Source of the DNA: an uncultured Eubacteriales bacterium | GTDB taxonomy: Bacteria > Bacillota > Clostridia > Oscillospirales > CAG-272 | Direction of reading: 5' to 3' | Length of the DNA: 64,000 nucleotides | NCBI GenBank assembly: GCA_934432725.1 | Contig: CAKRZE010000001.1 | Location: forward strand, 207,031-271,030 | Shown: positions 38,985 through 47,178 of the stretch, one piece after another | Position numbering within the stretch: the first letter of the stretch is position 1 | How the letters are laid out: each line of letters begins with the position of its first letter | Position numbers and translations under genes: made by a program | Notes under the pieces: generated by a model | Seen by the model: the letters and a program-made list of their open reading frames with translations, nothing else | What the model was told of the DNA's origin: nothing | Database searches by the model: none

Positions 38985-39929
38985 TTACTGTATCTTTATA
39001 TAGGTCGGGTGCCAGCCGGCAGAGGTCGTGTGGTCATTTCCGATATCCGCCCCCGGCTCCGGTACGGCAGGCGAAGCAATGCCGTCCGGCGTATACGGGT
39101 CAACCGCACCGTCGGGTTTTGCGGCATGCAGCTCTGTCACGGCACCGTCATACTCCCATCCATCGTGCGGGAAGCGGTAATGCCAAAGAATATCGTTCTC
39201 CATGAAGGACACGCCCTTGCCCTTCACGGTGTCGGCAATGACGACCGTTGGCTTGTGTCCGGGATTTTTTGTATCGGCAAGCGCCGCGCGAAGCGCATCG
39301 TGGTCATGCCCGTCAAGCTCGGTCACATTCCAGCCGAACGCACGCCATTTTGCGCCGAAATCCTCCAGAGCCAGCGTTTTTTCGCAGGTATCAAGGCTCT
39401 GCATCCGATTGTGGTCCACAATGGCAATAAGGTTTTCCAGCCGGTACTGATTGGCGAACAGCGCCGCCTCCCAGACCGCCCCCTCATCGCACTCGCCATC
39501 GCCGAGCACCGCAAATACGCGATGATGCTTTCCGTCCTGCTTTGCAGCCAGCGCCATTCCCGCCGCAGCCGACAAGCCGTGCCCCAGAGAGCCGGTGGAA
39601 AAATCAACACCGGGAAGATGGTGTGAAACATGTCCGGACAGCCTGCTTCCGTTCTGATAATGCGTCCGGAGCTCGGCGGGATCGAAGAAACCGCTTTCGG
39701 CAAGCGCTGCATACACGGCGGCGCCGGCATGCCCCTTGCTCATGATGAAGCGGTCCCTTTCATCCCACTTCGGATTTCCCGGATCAAACCGCAAAATATC
39801 CGCATACAGCACGGCAATGATGTCGGCTGCGGAAAGAATCGCGCCGATATGGCTTCCGCCGGAAAGATGCGTCATTTCAATGCCGTGGCGGCGGATCAGC
39901 CAGGCAAGCTCTTTGCTTGTTTTTTTCAT
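38985..39929 (-). CDS. transketolase-family protein, N-terminal (ThDP-binding) subunit
   Basis: 314 aa. SGGSHIGAILS, SKGHAG and the ThDP motif LGDGECDEGAVWEAALFA...IVDHN. Confidence 0.85.
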   Translation of the reverse strand: MKKTSKELAWLIRRHGIEMTHLSGGSHIGAILSAADIIAVLYADILRFDPGNPKWDERDRFIMSKGHAGAAVYAALAESGFFDPAELRTHYQNGSRLSGHVSHHLPGVDFSTGSLGHGLSAAAGMALAAKQDGKHHRVFAVLGDGECDEGAVWEAALFANQYRLENLIAIVDHNRMQSLDTCEKTLALEDFGAKWRAFGWNVTELDGHDHDALRAALADTKNPGHKPTVVIADTVKGKGVSFMENDILWHYRFPHDGWEYDGAVTELHAAKPDGAVDPYTPDGIASPAVPEPGADIGNDHTTSAGWHPTYIKIQ

Positions 39930-40864
39930 CCCGACACCTCATTTAATTCCGAAAGCTCGTCCGCACTCAGCTGCCATCCCAGCGCTCCGGCGTTTGAGAT
40001 AAGCTGCCCAGGCCGCTTCACGCCGCAAATGACCGCCGAATCCGGCAAGGTATCCAGAATCCAGCGGACCGCACAGGCGGCAACGGTTTTTTCATGGTTT
40101 TCGGCTATTTTCGTAAGAACCTCCACGATGCGAAGATTCTGTTCCAGCTTTTTGCCGTGAAAATTCACATAAATCTCCCTGCTGCGGCGATCGTCCGTGC
40201 CGAAACCGATATTGTCCTTTGTATATTTCCCGGTGAGAATACCCTGACCGAGACTGCCCCATGTCATGGGCGTTGCATGAAGAACATCCTGCACGGCACG
40301 AAGATCCTTCTCGTTTTTGCGGCACGCGAGGGAATATTCATCCTGACAGCAGGCGAATTTTCCGGCATACGGAAGAAGCTCGCGCATATCCTCGCTGTGA
40401 ATGTTGGAAAGCCCGTAGTTCCGGATCTTACCGGCAGCTTTCAGCTCATCCAGCTTTCCGACCACCTCCGAAACCGGCGTCCTTCCATCGCGGTAGTGGA
40501 TAGTATAAATATCGATATAGTCCGTGTTCAGCCGTCTGAGACTGCCCTCCAACGCTTTCTCAATGTATTCCGGAGAATTGTCATATTCGGTTTTTCCCGC
40601 CCCCGCGCGCACACCGAATTTTGATTCGATCACGACCTCGCAGCGCCGTCCGCCAAGCCCCTTGGCAAGCGTCATTTCCGACTGCCCCAAACCGTATGTA
40701 TCGGCGGTATCAAAAAAATTCACGCCGCAGTCAAGCGCAGCATGCACAGCGGCAAGAAGCTCTCCTTCATCCACCCTGCCCCAGCCGTAGCCGCCCATGG
40801 GACAGCCGCCCATGCACAGCCTTGAAACGCGCAGATCCGTGTTTTGCAGCATAATATATTCCAT
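39926..40864 (-). CDS. aldo/keto reductase
   Basis: 312 aa. LCMGGCPMGG, FFDTADTYG and IDIYTIHYRD are typical AKR blocks. ATGA overlap with the downstream transketolase gene. Confidence 0.85.
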   Translation of the reverse strand: MEYIMLQNTDLRVSRLCMGGCPMGGYGWGRVDEGELLAAVHAALDCGVNFFDTADTYGLGQSEMTLAKGLGGRRCEVVIESKFGVRAGAGKTEYDNSPEYIEKALEGSLRRLNTDYIDIYTIHYRDGRTPVSEVVGKLDELKAAGKIRNYGLSNIHSEDMRELLPYAGKFACCQDEYSLACRKNEKDLRAVQDVLHATPMTWGSLGQGILTGKYTKDNIGFGTDDRRSREIYVNFHGKKLEQNLRIVEVLTKIAENHEKTVAACAVRWILDTLPDSAVICGVKRPGQLISNAGALGWQLSADELSELNEVSG

Positions 40865-40868
40865 ATGC

Positions 40869-41588
40869 TCACTCCCCGCAGGATTTTTTGAAAAGTACGC
40901 GCCACGCCTTTTTCAAAACGCAGCCGACCGTCTTTACAAACAGCTGAAAATCAGTGCGCAGGGATACCTCTCTGGCATAGCGGATCCTCAGCCGGTTCTT
41001 TTTTTGCAGCACATATTTTTCGTACATTTCATCAGCGTTTTCGGCGCCGACAATTTCGTCAAGACTGATAAATGCGATGGAGCTGAAATCCGTGATCCCC
41101 GGACGGACCTCAAGAATCAGCTTTTCCTCATTCTGATACGCATCGGTATATCGCAGAAGCTCCGGGCGCGGTCCGACAAAGCTCATGGTCCCGATCAGAA
41201 CATTGTACACCTGCGGAAGCTCATCCAGTTTCAGCTTTCTCAGGATTCTCCCCGTCCGCGTAATCCGTGGATCGTTCAGCGCGGTGGTTCCTCCGTAGCG
41301 GTCCGCGTCCTTCCGCATGGTCCGGAGCTTGAAGATCCGGAACGGCTTGCCGCGGTATCCGCCCCGCAGCGGCGTATAAAGGACGGGAAAGCCGTCCTCG
41401 GCGGCAATCACGATGCCGAGCAGCAAAACAACCGGCGTCACCGGAACCGCAAGCAAAAGCGCCAGAATAAAGTCTATTCCGCGTTTGATCCACCGATTGT
41501 AAATCCCATAGCAGCCGCACCGCTGCGTCGGGGAAACCGCCTCTGCGGAATGTTCTTTATGTACCTCATAATTCAGCTCTGTTTTCAC
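40869..41588 (-). CDS. undecaprenyl-phosphate sugar-1-phosphate transferase (small PglC/EpsL-type bacterial sugar transferase)
   Basis: ORF 40869-41843 trimmed to GTG 41588 (GGAG SD 8 nt upstream). KRGIDFILALLL TM hairpin, FKLRTM, DELPQ and SFVGPRPE motifs are present. The upstream 85 codons are R/G-rich filler. Confidence 0.8.
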   Translation of the reverse strand: MKTELNYEVHKEHSAEAVSPTQRCGCYGIYNRWIKRGIDFILALLLAVPVTPVVLLLGIVIAAEDGFPVLYTPLRGGYRGKPFRIFKLRTMRKDADRYGGTTALNDPRITRTGRILRKLKLDELPQVYNVLIGTMSFVGPRPELLRYTDAYQNEEKLILEVRPGITDFSSIAFISLDEIVGAENADEMYEKYVLQKKNRLRIRYAREVSLRTDFQLFVKTVGCVLKKAWRVLFKKSCGE

Positions 41589-41863
41589 ACGAATATCTCC
41601 ATTCCGCCGCCAAAGCGCCGGCACAATCAATGGATGAAGCTCTTCCGTATCCCTTCCGGAAAGCAAAATCTGCGAAGCTCTGTCTCCAAAGCAAACGCAG
41701 GCATACCCCCGCAGCCTTCCGAAAAAGCCGGCGAATCCATCACGCCGTTCTCCTCCGGCAAATAACCGATCCGCCCTGCGCGCAGGAATACAAAAATCCC
41801 CGGAAGCGCAAAAACCGTCAATTCTTAAAAATGCACAGTACACTCCATTTTCCCAATAAAAAA

Positions 41864-41892
41864 ATTATAACACCATTGCGCCTGAAAGGCAA
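41864..41892 (-). promoter_or_regulatory. candidate sigma-A promoter of the glycan operon
   Basis: Minus strand reads TTGCCT (41892-41887), a 17-nt spacer, then the extended -10 TGtTATAAT (41872-41864). It lies ~270 nt upstream of the first gene. Confidence 0.5.
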
Positions 41893-42301
41893 TACCAAAC
41901 CTTTAAAAAGAGGCGGTATTTTTTGTGATATTCCACTTCCCGGCAAACACTCTGCGCAGTATGCCCCAAAGCAGCACAGACTGTCTGCCGAAGCAGCCTC
42001 CGCCCCCCGAAAGCAGCAAAAAGCCTCCACCGCTCTCCCGGGTTTTCCTTCTGCATCTTGCTCCAGGGCTTTATAAAAGCATGCATGATCGGCGAAAGCA
42101 TCAAAAAACACCGCACCGCCGTATCGGCGAAGCGATGTAAGACAGCACTCTTTTCACAGCCGGCAGGCAATCCGGCTTTTGCCGGTTTCCCGCGTTCTGC
42201 GTTGTCAATATCTCATGAAGACTCCGGCCCCCTCGGTTTTATCATCCGCACGCGCCAAGGGGAAAACCGGGGATCCGGCTTCCCCATGTGATGGAGCGTT
42301 T

Positions 42302-42673
42302 TTACGGTTCATCGACAGTGACGGATCGAATCATGCTGCTGTTGTCCTCAAATACCACGCGGAGCTTTGCGGAAACAGCTTGCCCCTTATCGTTTTCCAT
42401 GACGCAATAGATACTGAACTCATTTTCCGAAATCTGCTCCATCCTTCCGAGCGCCTTCCGCTCCGGGCAGACCGAGACGATTTCTCCGTACCGTTCGGAA
42501 AACGCCCCCTGCTCCTTGACATACGCCTCTATCCGCTGGCACAAGCCTTCTGCCTTCATTTTTCGGGACCAATATCCGGTCAGGGAAAAGACAAGAATAT
42601 TCATCGCAGCAAACAGAGCAACCGTGCAAATAACCGTAATTCCGATTTTCCCCTTCCGACTCATACGCTTCAT
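42302..42673 (-). CDS. small N-terminally membrane-anchored protein (paralog of 58666-59052)
   Basis: Shares MNILVFSLTGYWS(R/K)KMKA.GLCQ, RMEQIS.NE and AKLRV.FEDN with the protein inside the RHS array. It has one TM helix. The start was chosen at ATG 42673 (AAGGAAGGG upstream). Confidence 0.6.
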   Translation of the reverse strand: MKRMSRKGKIGITVICTVALFAAMNILVFSLTGYWSRKMKAEGLCQRIEAYVKEQGAFSERYGEIVSVCPERKALGRMEQISENEFSIYCVMENDKGQAVSAKLRVVFEDNSSMIRSVTVDEP

Positions 42674-42872
42674 GCGCCATGCCCTTCCTTTCATACCGTC
42701 CATACCGCCCGGCTTCCGCAGGTGCGGAGCGAAAGCAGCAAAGGACCCCTCTCCGAATGTCCTGTCAACCCGCCGGCATACCCCGCCGTTTCAGAAATGC
42801 GCATTCTCTCTGCGCCCCCTTGCGTTTGGGGATATGCTGCCGCCGAGCACCTCCGGCAGCCGAAATCCGTAT

Positions 42873-43373
42873 TTACCGGATGCTCATACGGGTGCGTCCG
42901 TCATCATAATCGGTTTTTATCCGAATATTCGTTGCATGCAGCGCAGCAGCATTTTTGATAAATTGCAGCAAGAGCTGCTCATCTTTTGCATATATTTCAA
43001 AACAATCTCCGTCAGTAACAAGCACGGCAAACCGGCAGCTGCTTGCCAGAAAGTCGCGGTAATCCCTGATATCCTGCCGCGCATCTCCCCTGCGGTATGC
43101 CTGCAAATTAAGAAAAAACACAAAATAGGGTATGCACGCCTTCAATTTCTCAAAATAGGATGAATCCGTCTTGCCGCCAACAGCAGGCAGTGCGGCGGAA
43201 GTGTGTATTTCCTCCTCACTGATATAAAAATCATACCCGCAAAGCGGAATATTCGCAAAAATACCGCCAAGTACGTCCCCATACCCGATATCAGATAAAA
43301 ATTCTATTCCTCTCATAAAACGATCATTTTGCGTATGCAAAAGCTTCCTTCCCCGGGACAGGAGCGGCATCAC
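42873..43373 (-). CDS. hypothetical protein (immunity-like, no recognisable motif)
   Basis: 166-aa ORF in the same-strand run. The start is uncertain (GTG 43373, ATG 43370 or ATG 43316). Confidence 0.45.
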   Translation of the reverse strand: MMPLLSRGRKLLHTQNDRFMRGIEFLSDIGYGDVLGGIFANIPLCGYDFYISEEEIHTSAALPAVGGKTDSSYFEKLKACIPYFVFFLNLQAYRRGDARQDIRDYRDFLASSCRFAVLVTDGDCFEIYAKDEQLLLQFIKNAAALHATNIRIKTDYDDGRTRMSIR

Positions 43374-43466
43374 AGCACAGGCACGCGCTTTCGGACATCA
43401 GACACCGCCGCTCCTTCTCCACACATTCCTTTTTCTCCGTCAGCCAGCCGCAGCACGGCGCACCGC

Positions 43467-43994
43467 CTATGCCATAAGCCGCATGATCCGCCTCTCATCC
43501 TCCCCCTCAAAGGAAATCTGAGAAATGTCCTCTAAAGATACTGCCGATACTCCGTCCGCTTCCCCGTCGCAGGTAAATTGTCTGATCCGGCATTTTCCCT
43601 CATCTGCCGTCTCAACAAACCCGGTAATGTCATCATACCCGCTTTGGCAAAGCTCAAATGACACAAGGGTCCGGCGGTCTTTTGCAATCTTCAGCACGGA
43701 AAGCATTATATTTTCTCCGTCAATTTTTTCACAAAAATCCGGGAAAGACCCGTCCGAACACAGCTTTTCCATTCTCCTGCCGTATTTTCCGTCTGTCTCT
43801 ATGCGAAAAACACAGCCTGTATCCATGACAACAACTCCATCGTATGCTCCGTCGGGACTTGCAAGCTGCAATACGACCCAGTTTTCGTCCACCGCAAGCA
43901 CCTTACCGTAAATGAACCTTGACGGTTCCTGCTCATCTGTATAGATTCCCGCTTTTTTCCCACTTGCGCATAATTCTCTTAACAATCCGATCAT
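43467..43994 (-). CDS. hypothetical protein with two beta-rich half-domains
   Basis: Trimmed to ATG 43994 (MIGLLRE, SD AAAGGGAG 6 nt upstream). About 175 aa with no recognisable family motif. Confidence 0.55.
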   Translation of the reverse strand: MIGLLRELCASGKKAGIYTDEQEPSRFIYGKVLAVDENWVVLQLASPDGAYDGVVVMDTGCVFRIETDGKYGRRMEKLCSDGSFPDFCEKIDGENIMLSVLKIAKDRRTLVSFELCQSGYDDITGFVETADEGKCRIRQFTCDGEADGVSAVSLEDISQISFEGEDERRIMRLMA

Positions 43995-44058
43995 AACATG
44001 CTCCCTTTCTCTCTGCCGCCTGACGGAATAAACACCGCCGGGCAAATTGTCCGTTTAT

Positions 44059-44580
44059 CTACTGTTCCCGGACCTGCCGATCAAAAACAAGATGGTACGC
44101 CGTATTCCTTACATCCGCCGGACGGCGGCGCTCCGGATCAAAGCAAACCGAAAAATCTCCGCTGTCTGAATAACAGAATAGCAGCTCTGCAAAATGATTC
44201 GAAACCATCTCATCCAACCTGTGTTTTTGATAGTCACGATAAAACCGCTTGAAGGTCTCCCATTCCGAGACAGGATAAAATAACACTGTTTCAAGATAAT
44301 AATCGAAAACAGACGGGATGAAATGATAAATATCCTCTCCCGCTTTGATTCTGGCAACCGTCAGATACTCATTCAGCGCCTGTATCTCTCCGCGGCTTCG
44401 AAAGAACGCTGGAATTTCACTTTTAAGTTCTCTCTCCCGTTTTGCCGTCAGATTTACCCCGTCCGTGCGGTAAAAACCGAAAAACAATTCCTCTCCGGTC
44501 AAAAACGTCTTTAAAATCCGGTCCATGCTGCTCAAATAACCGCTTTGAAAACGAAAATTTTCAAATGTTATTACATGCAT
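44059..44580 (-). CDS. hypothetical protein
   Basis: ORF 44059-44757. The first 59 codons are R/G-rich, so it was trimmed to ATG 44580 (MHVITFENF). No recognisable motif. Confidence 0.45.
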   Translation of the reverse strand: MHVITFENFRFQSGYLSSMDRILKTFLTGEELFFGFYRTDGVNLTAKRERELKSEIPAFFRSRGEIQALNEYLTVARIKAGEDIYHFIPSVFDYYLETVLFYPVSEWETFKRFYRDYQKHRLDEMVSNHFAELLFCYSDSGDFSVCFDPERRRPADVRNTAYHLVFDRQVREQ

Positions 44581-44780
44581 CCCCGAAATCCCCGTATATT
44601 CATGCACGGCAAGCCGCCTCAACTCTGCCGCCTCCTTTCCCGCCCTCCAAAATACCCCGGAACCGTGTCGTCCTTTCCGGATCATCCGGCTGCGACCGGC
44701 AGAACGGAAAATAACATCTGTCGCCGCCTCGGTCTGTCCGCATGCCCTGCGCATCAAGCCGAAAGCGGCTTGGGCCTCCG

Positions 44781-45164
44781 TCAGGATACCGACTGCTTTC
44801 TTTCCGTTTCCTTTTCAATTTCAATGATCCGGATTGCCTTTTGCAAAAAACTTGCCTCCATAAGAATGAAAAGACACAACCCTAATATACCGTCCACAAT
44901 ATCCAAAACAATTCCATATATACGTAAGAAATCTCCTCTCACCACTCTCCATATTTCAAAGCCAAGCCAATCCGCCGTCATATATAAAACCAGACAAAAT
45001 AATGCACTGATCCAAAAACGGCATTTGAGCAAGCGGTTTGCGCTTTTGGGAATTTTAGAATAAATGATAATATTTTCAATTTCTTTGACATGGTCATAAT
45101 AACTGTTAGTTCTTATGTGGAATCGCTCGCCCAAGATATAAAAACACAAGTCCTTCAAGCTCAT
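44781..45164 (-). CDS. hypothetical small membrane protein (2 TM)
   Basis: Trimmed to ATG 45164 (MSLKDL, GGAGGAG SD 9 nt upstream). Hydrophobic segments WISALFCLVLYMTADWLGF and IVLDIVDGILGLCLFILM. The gene is AT-richer than its flanks. Confidence 0.55.
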   Translation of the reverse strand: MSLKDLCFYILGERFHIRTNSYYDHVKEIENIIIYSKIPKSANRLLKCRFWISALFCLVLYMTADWLGFEIWRVVRGDFLRIYGIVLDIVDGILGLCLFILMEASFLQKAIRIIEIEKETERKQSVS

Positions 45165-45448
45165 TTTCAAAATCTCCTCCGATGTCAACCGATCCGGAAT
45201 GCTTGCAGACTCTCACGTATCCGCAAACCGCCGGCGTCCGTATGGACCCGGTCATCCCCATTCTGCTTTTCGCTGAGGAAATACGGTCCGTTTACCGTCA
45301 ATCCGCGCCCGCCCGCAGATCAATCCCGCAAGAAACGCCTCAAGAACCGGCAGAAGAACCTCATGCCTGTCTGCTTTCCGTGCCATATGCCGCCAAGCCT
45401 ATCATACTCCGTCAAAGGCTCCGTGCCGCCTCTCTCCTTTTCAGACCT

Positions 45449-46102
45449 TCACTTCCGATTCATCTCAAGGCGCTTCATTTCTTCAAACGAAATCCGCTGT
45501 CCGCACTCCGAGCATCGAAAAAAGCATATCCTGAATTCCATGTCCCCGTCCGCATATGCATCACCGATTTCAAAATCATAGCTTCCGGCTTCCGGCGAAT
45601 CGGAATTTACACTCACGCTGTCATATGCCACTTCCATTTGTTGTCCGCACACGGGGCAAGCGTGCTTTTTCCAATAAACATAAACCGGCGATGCTCCGTT
45701 ATAGATATATTTTACCGCAGTCGGCTGATCCGGTCCTGTTCCCTCCGCCTTCCCACAGAAGGTGAGAGAAAGAAGGAGCAGCACCGCCGCAACGAGAACA
45801 CAGCATCCCAGGATTCTCCGAAGCAGCGACGGTTTGTAATGTTCAATCTTTTTCATTTCGTCAACCGTATAGCTTTTCCCGCAATGACCGCATTGAAACT
45901 CCGTTCGGACAACCCTGACATTTCCGATCATACATCCGTCATCGAATGAAAAATCATAGTTTTTTGCCTCATCCGAGCCTGAATTGACAATTTTTGAAGC
46001 CCGGGTCACTTCCAGTTCCCTGCCGCACAAAGGGCAATGATGCTTCCTGTATTTCACATAAAACGGACTTTCCCGAACCCACATAATATTATGAACGCCC
46101 AT
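45449..46102 (-). CDS. membrane protein with duplicated double-CxxC (zinc-ribbon-like) module
   Basis: Module 1 is HHCPLCGRELEV...FQCGHCGKSYTVDEMKKIE. Module 2 is HACPVCGQQMEV...FRCSECGQRISFEEMKRLE. They are separated by the TM helix ILGCCVLVAAVLLLLSL. Confidence 0.6.
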   Translation of the reverse strand: MGVHNIMWVRESPFYVKYRKHHCPLCGRELEVTRASKIVNSGSDEAKNYDFSFDDGCMIGNVRVVRTEFQCGHCGKSYTVDEMKKIEHYKPSLLRRILGCCVLVAAVLLLLSLTFCGKAEGTGPDQPTAVKYIYNGASPVYVYWKKHACPVCGQQMEVAYDSVSVNSDSPEAGSYDFEIGDAYADGDMEFRICFFRCSECGQRISFEEMKRLEMNRK

Positions 46103-46271
46103 TCTCCCATACCCCCGTTTATTTCTTCACAGTCAAAGCTGTCATGTAAAATGAACCACCGCCGAAGCCGTCGTCGGTCTGACCGACCCACGTCAGCCCA
46201 GCCGTTTATCCATCCGCAGGCGTTTCCGTGTCTTTAGAGTCCCTCCCGGATGCAAACCCCGAAGTCTCCGG

Positions 46272-46799
46272 TCAATCCGCCAGTTTAAGATACAATTGCG
46301 CACACGCCAATGCCGCATCCACCGCTATAGGGGCTGACGGATACTCAAATACCGACTTATACCGCAGATACACCTTCGGAAGGTTATGCAGTGCCTGAAG
46401 CAAATACCAAATCTTCTGCTGCTTTTTCCTGCTCAATGACTGCACCGTGTGCTCCAGCTGTTCGGCAATCGCCTGCATTGTCCGATTTATTTCCAAATAA
46501 GGCGAAAGATCACAAAGCGACGACAAAGCGAAATTCTCTTCTTTCCACTGATTGAATGACGCTTCGCTGATGCGGAATTGTTCCGTCCTTTCAAGAATTT
46601 TTTTGACAGTTTCATGATCACGCGCCGTTATATGATCGCAGGATATTGCCCGGACCATTTCGCTCATCAGATCAACAGAATCGGCAAGCTCTGCAATATA
46701 GCTTTTTGCCCACCACAGCTTGCCCGGGTTGCATCTTCCCTTTTCATAAACGGTCAGCCGATACAAAGCTTCTCCAAAAAACGATTGCTTACAAACCAT
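46272..46799 (-). CDS. hypothetical helical protein, weakly similar to the immunity candidate at 57027-57485
   Basis: ATG 46799 with an AAAGGGA SD. It shares the pattern (I/L)EH.(V/L)..L...K..(Q/E)....(L/F)..A(L/I)H(N/E)LP with ORF 57027-57485. Confidence 0.55.
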   Translation of the reverse strand: MVCKQSFFGEALYRLTVYEKGRCNPGKLWWAKSYIAELADSVDLMSEMVRAISCDHITARDHETVKKILERTEQFRISEASFNQWKEENFALSSLCDLSPYLEINRTMQAIAEQLEHTVQSLSRKKQQKIWYLLQALHNLPKVYLRYKSVFEYPSAPIAVDAALACAQLYLKLAD

Positions 46800-47076
46800 C
46801 ACAGTCCCTTTCGGCTTTTTTCAGGAATCGATTGTCAGGGCGCAGAAAACCGCATTCGGAGCCGAGCACGTCCGACTGCACACCCGGTCTGTCATATATA
46901 CCGATATATCCGATCTTTTCGCTTTCATTATACATCATTTATGCCAATCGGTCAAGGTTTTTTCCAGATAATTCAACTCCGGTCATGCACCTCTGCGCAT
47001 CCGGCGAGCGCTTCCGCTCCGTCCGGGTACGCGTCGGTCTCTTTTCCCCATGCCTTTGTCCCAGCTGCGGCAAACC

Positions 47077-47124
47077 GAAAAGCCGGTTGATACAACCTCC
47101 GTTGGCTGCACCGACCGGCTTTTC
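47077..47124 (-). terminator. possible terminator after the ABC exporter genes
   Basis: 11-bp stem GAAAAGCCGGT/ACCGGCTTTTC with a 26-nt loop. The minus strand continues CTTTTCGGTTTG. Confidence 0.35.
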
Positions 47125-47178
47125 CCGCCTCTTTTTTATATACATTTTCCGCCGATGCAGGGGCATTGGCGCCTCATT

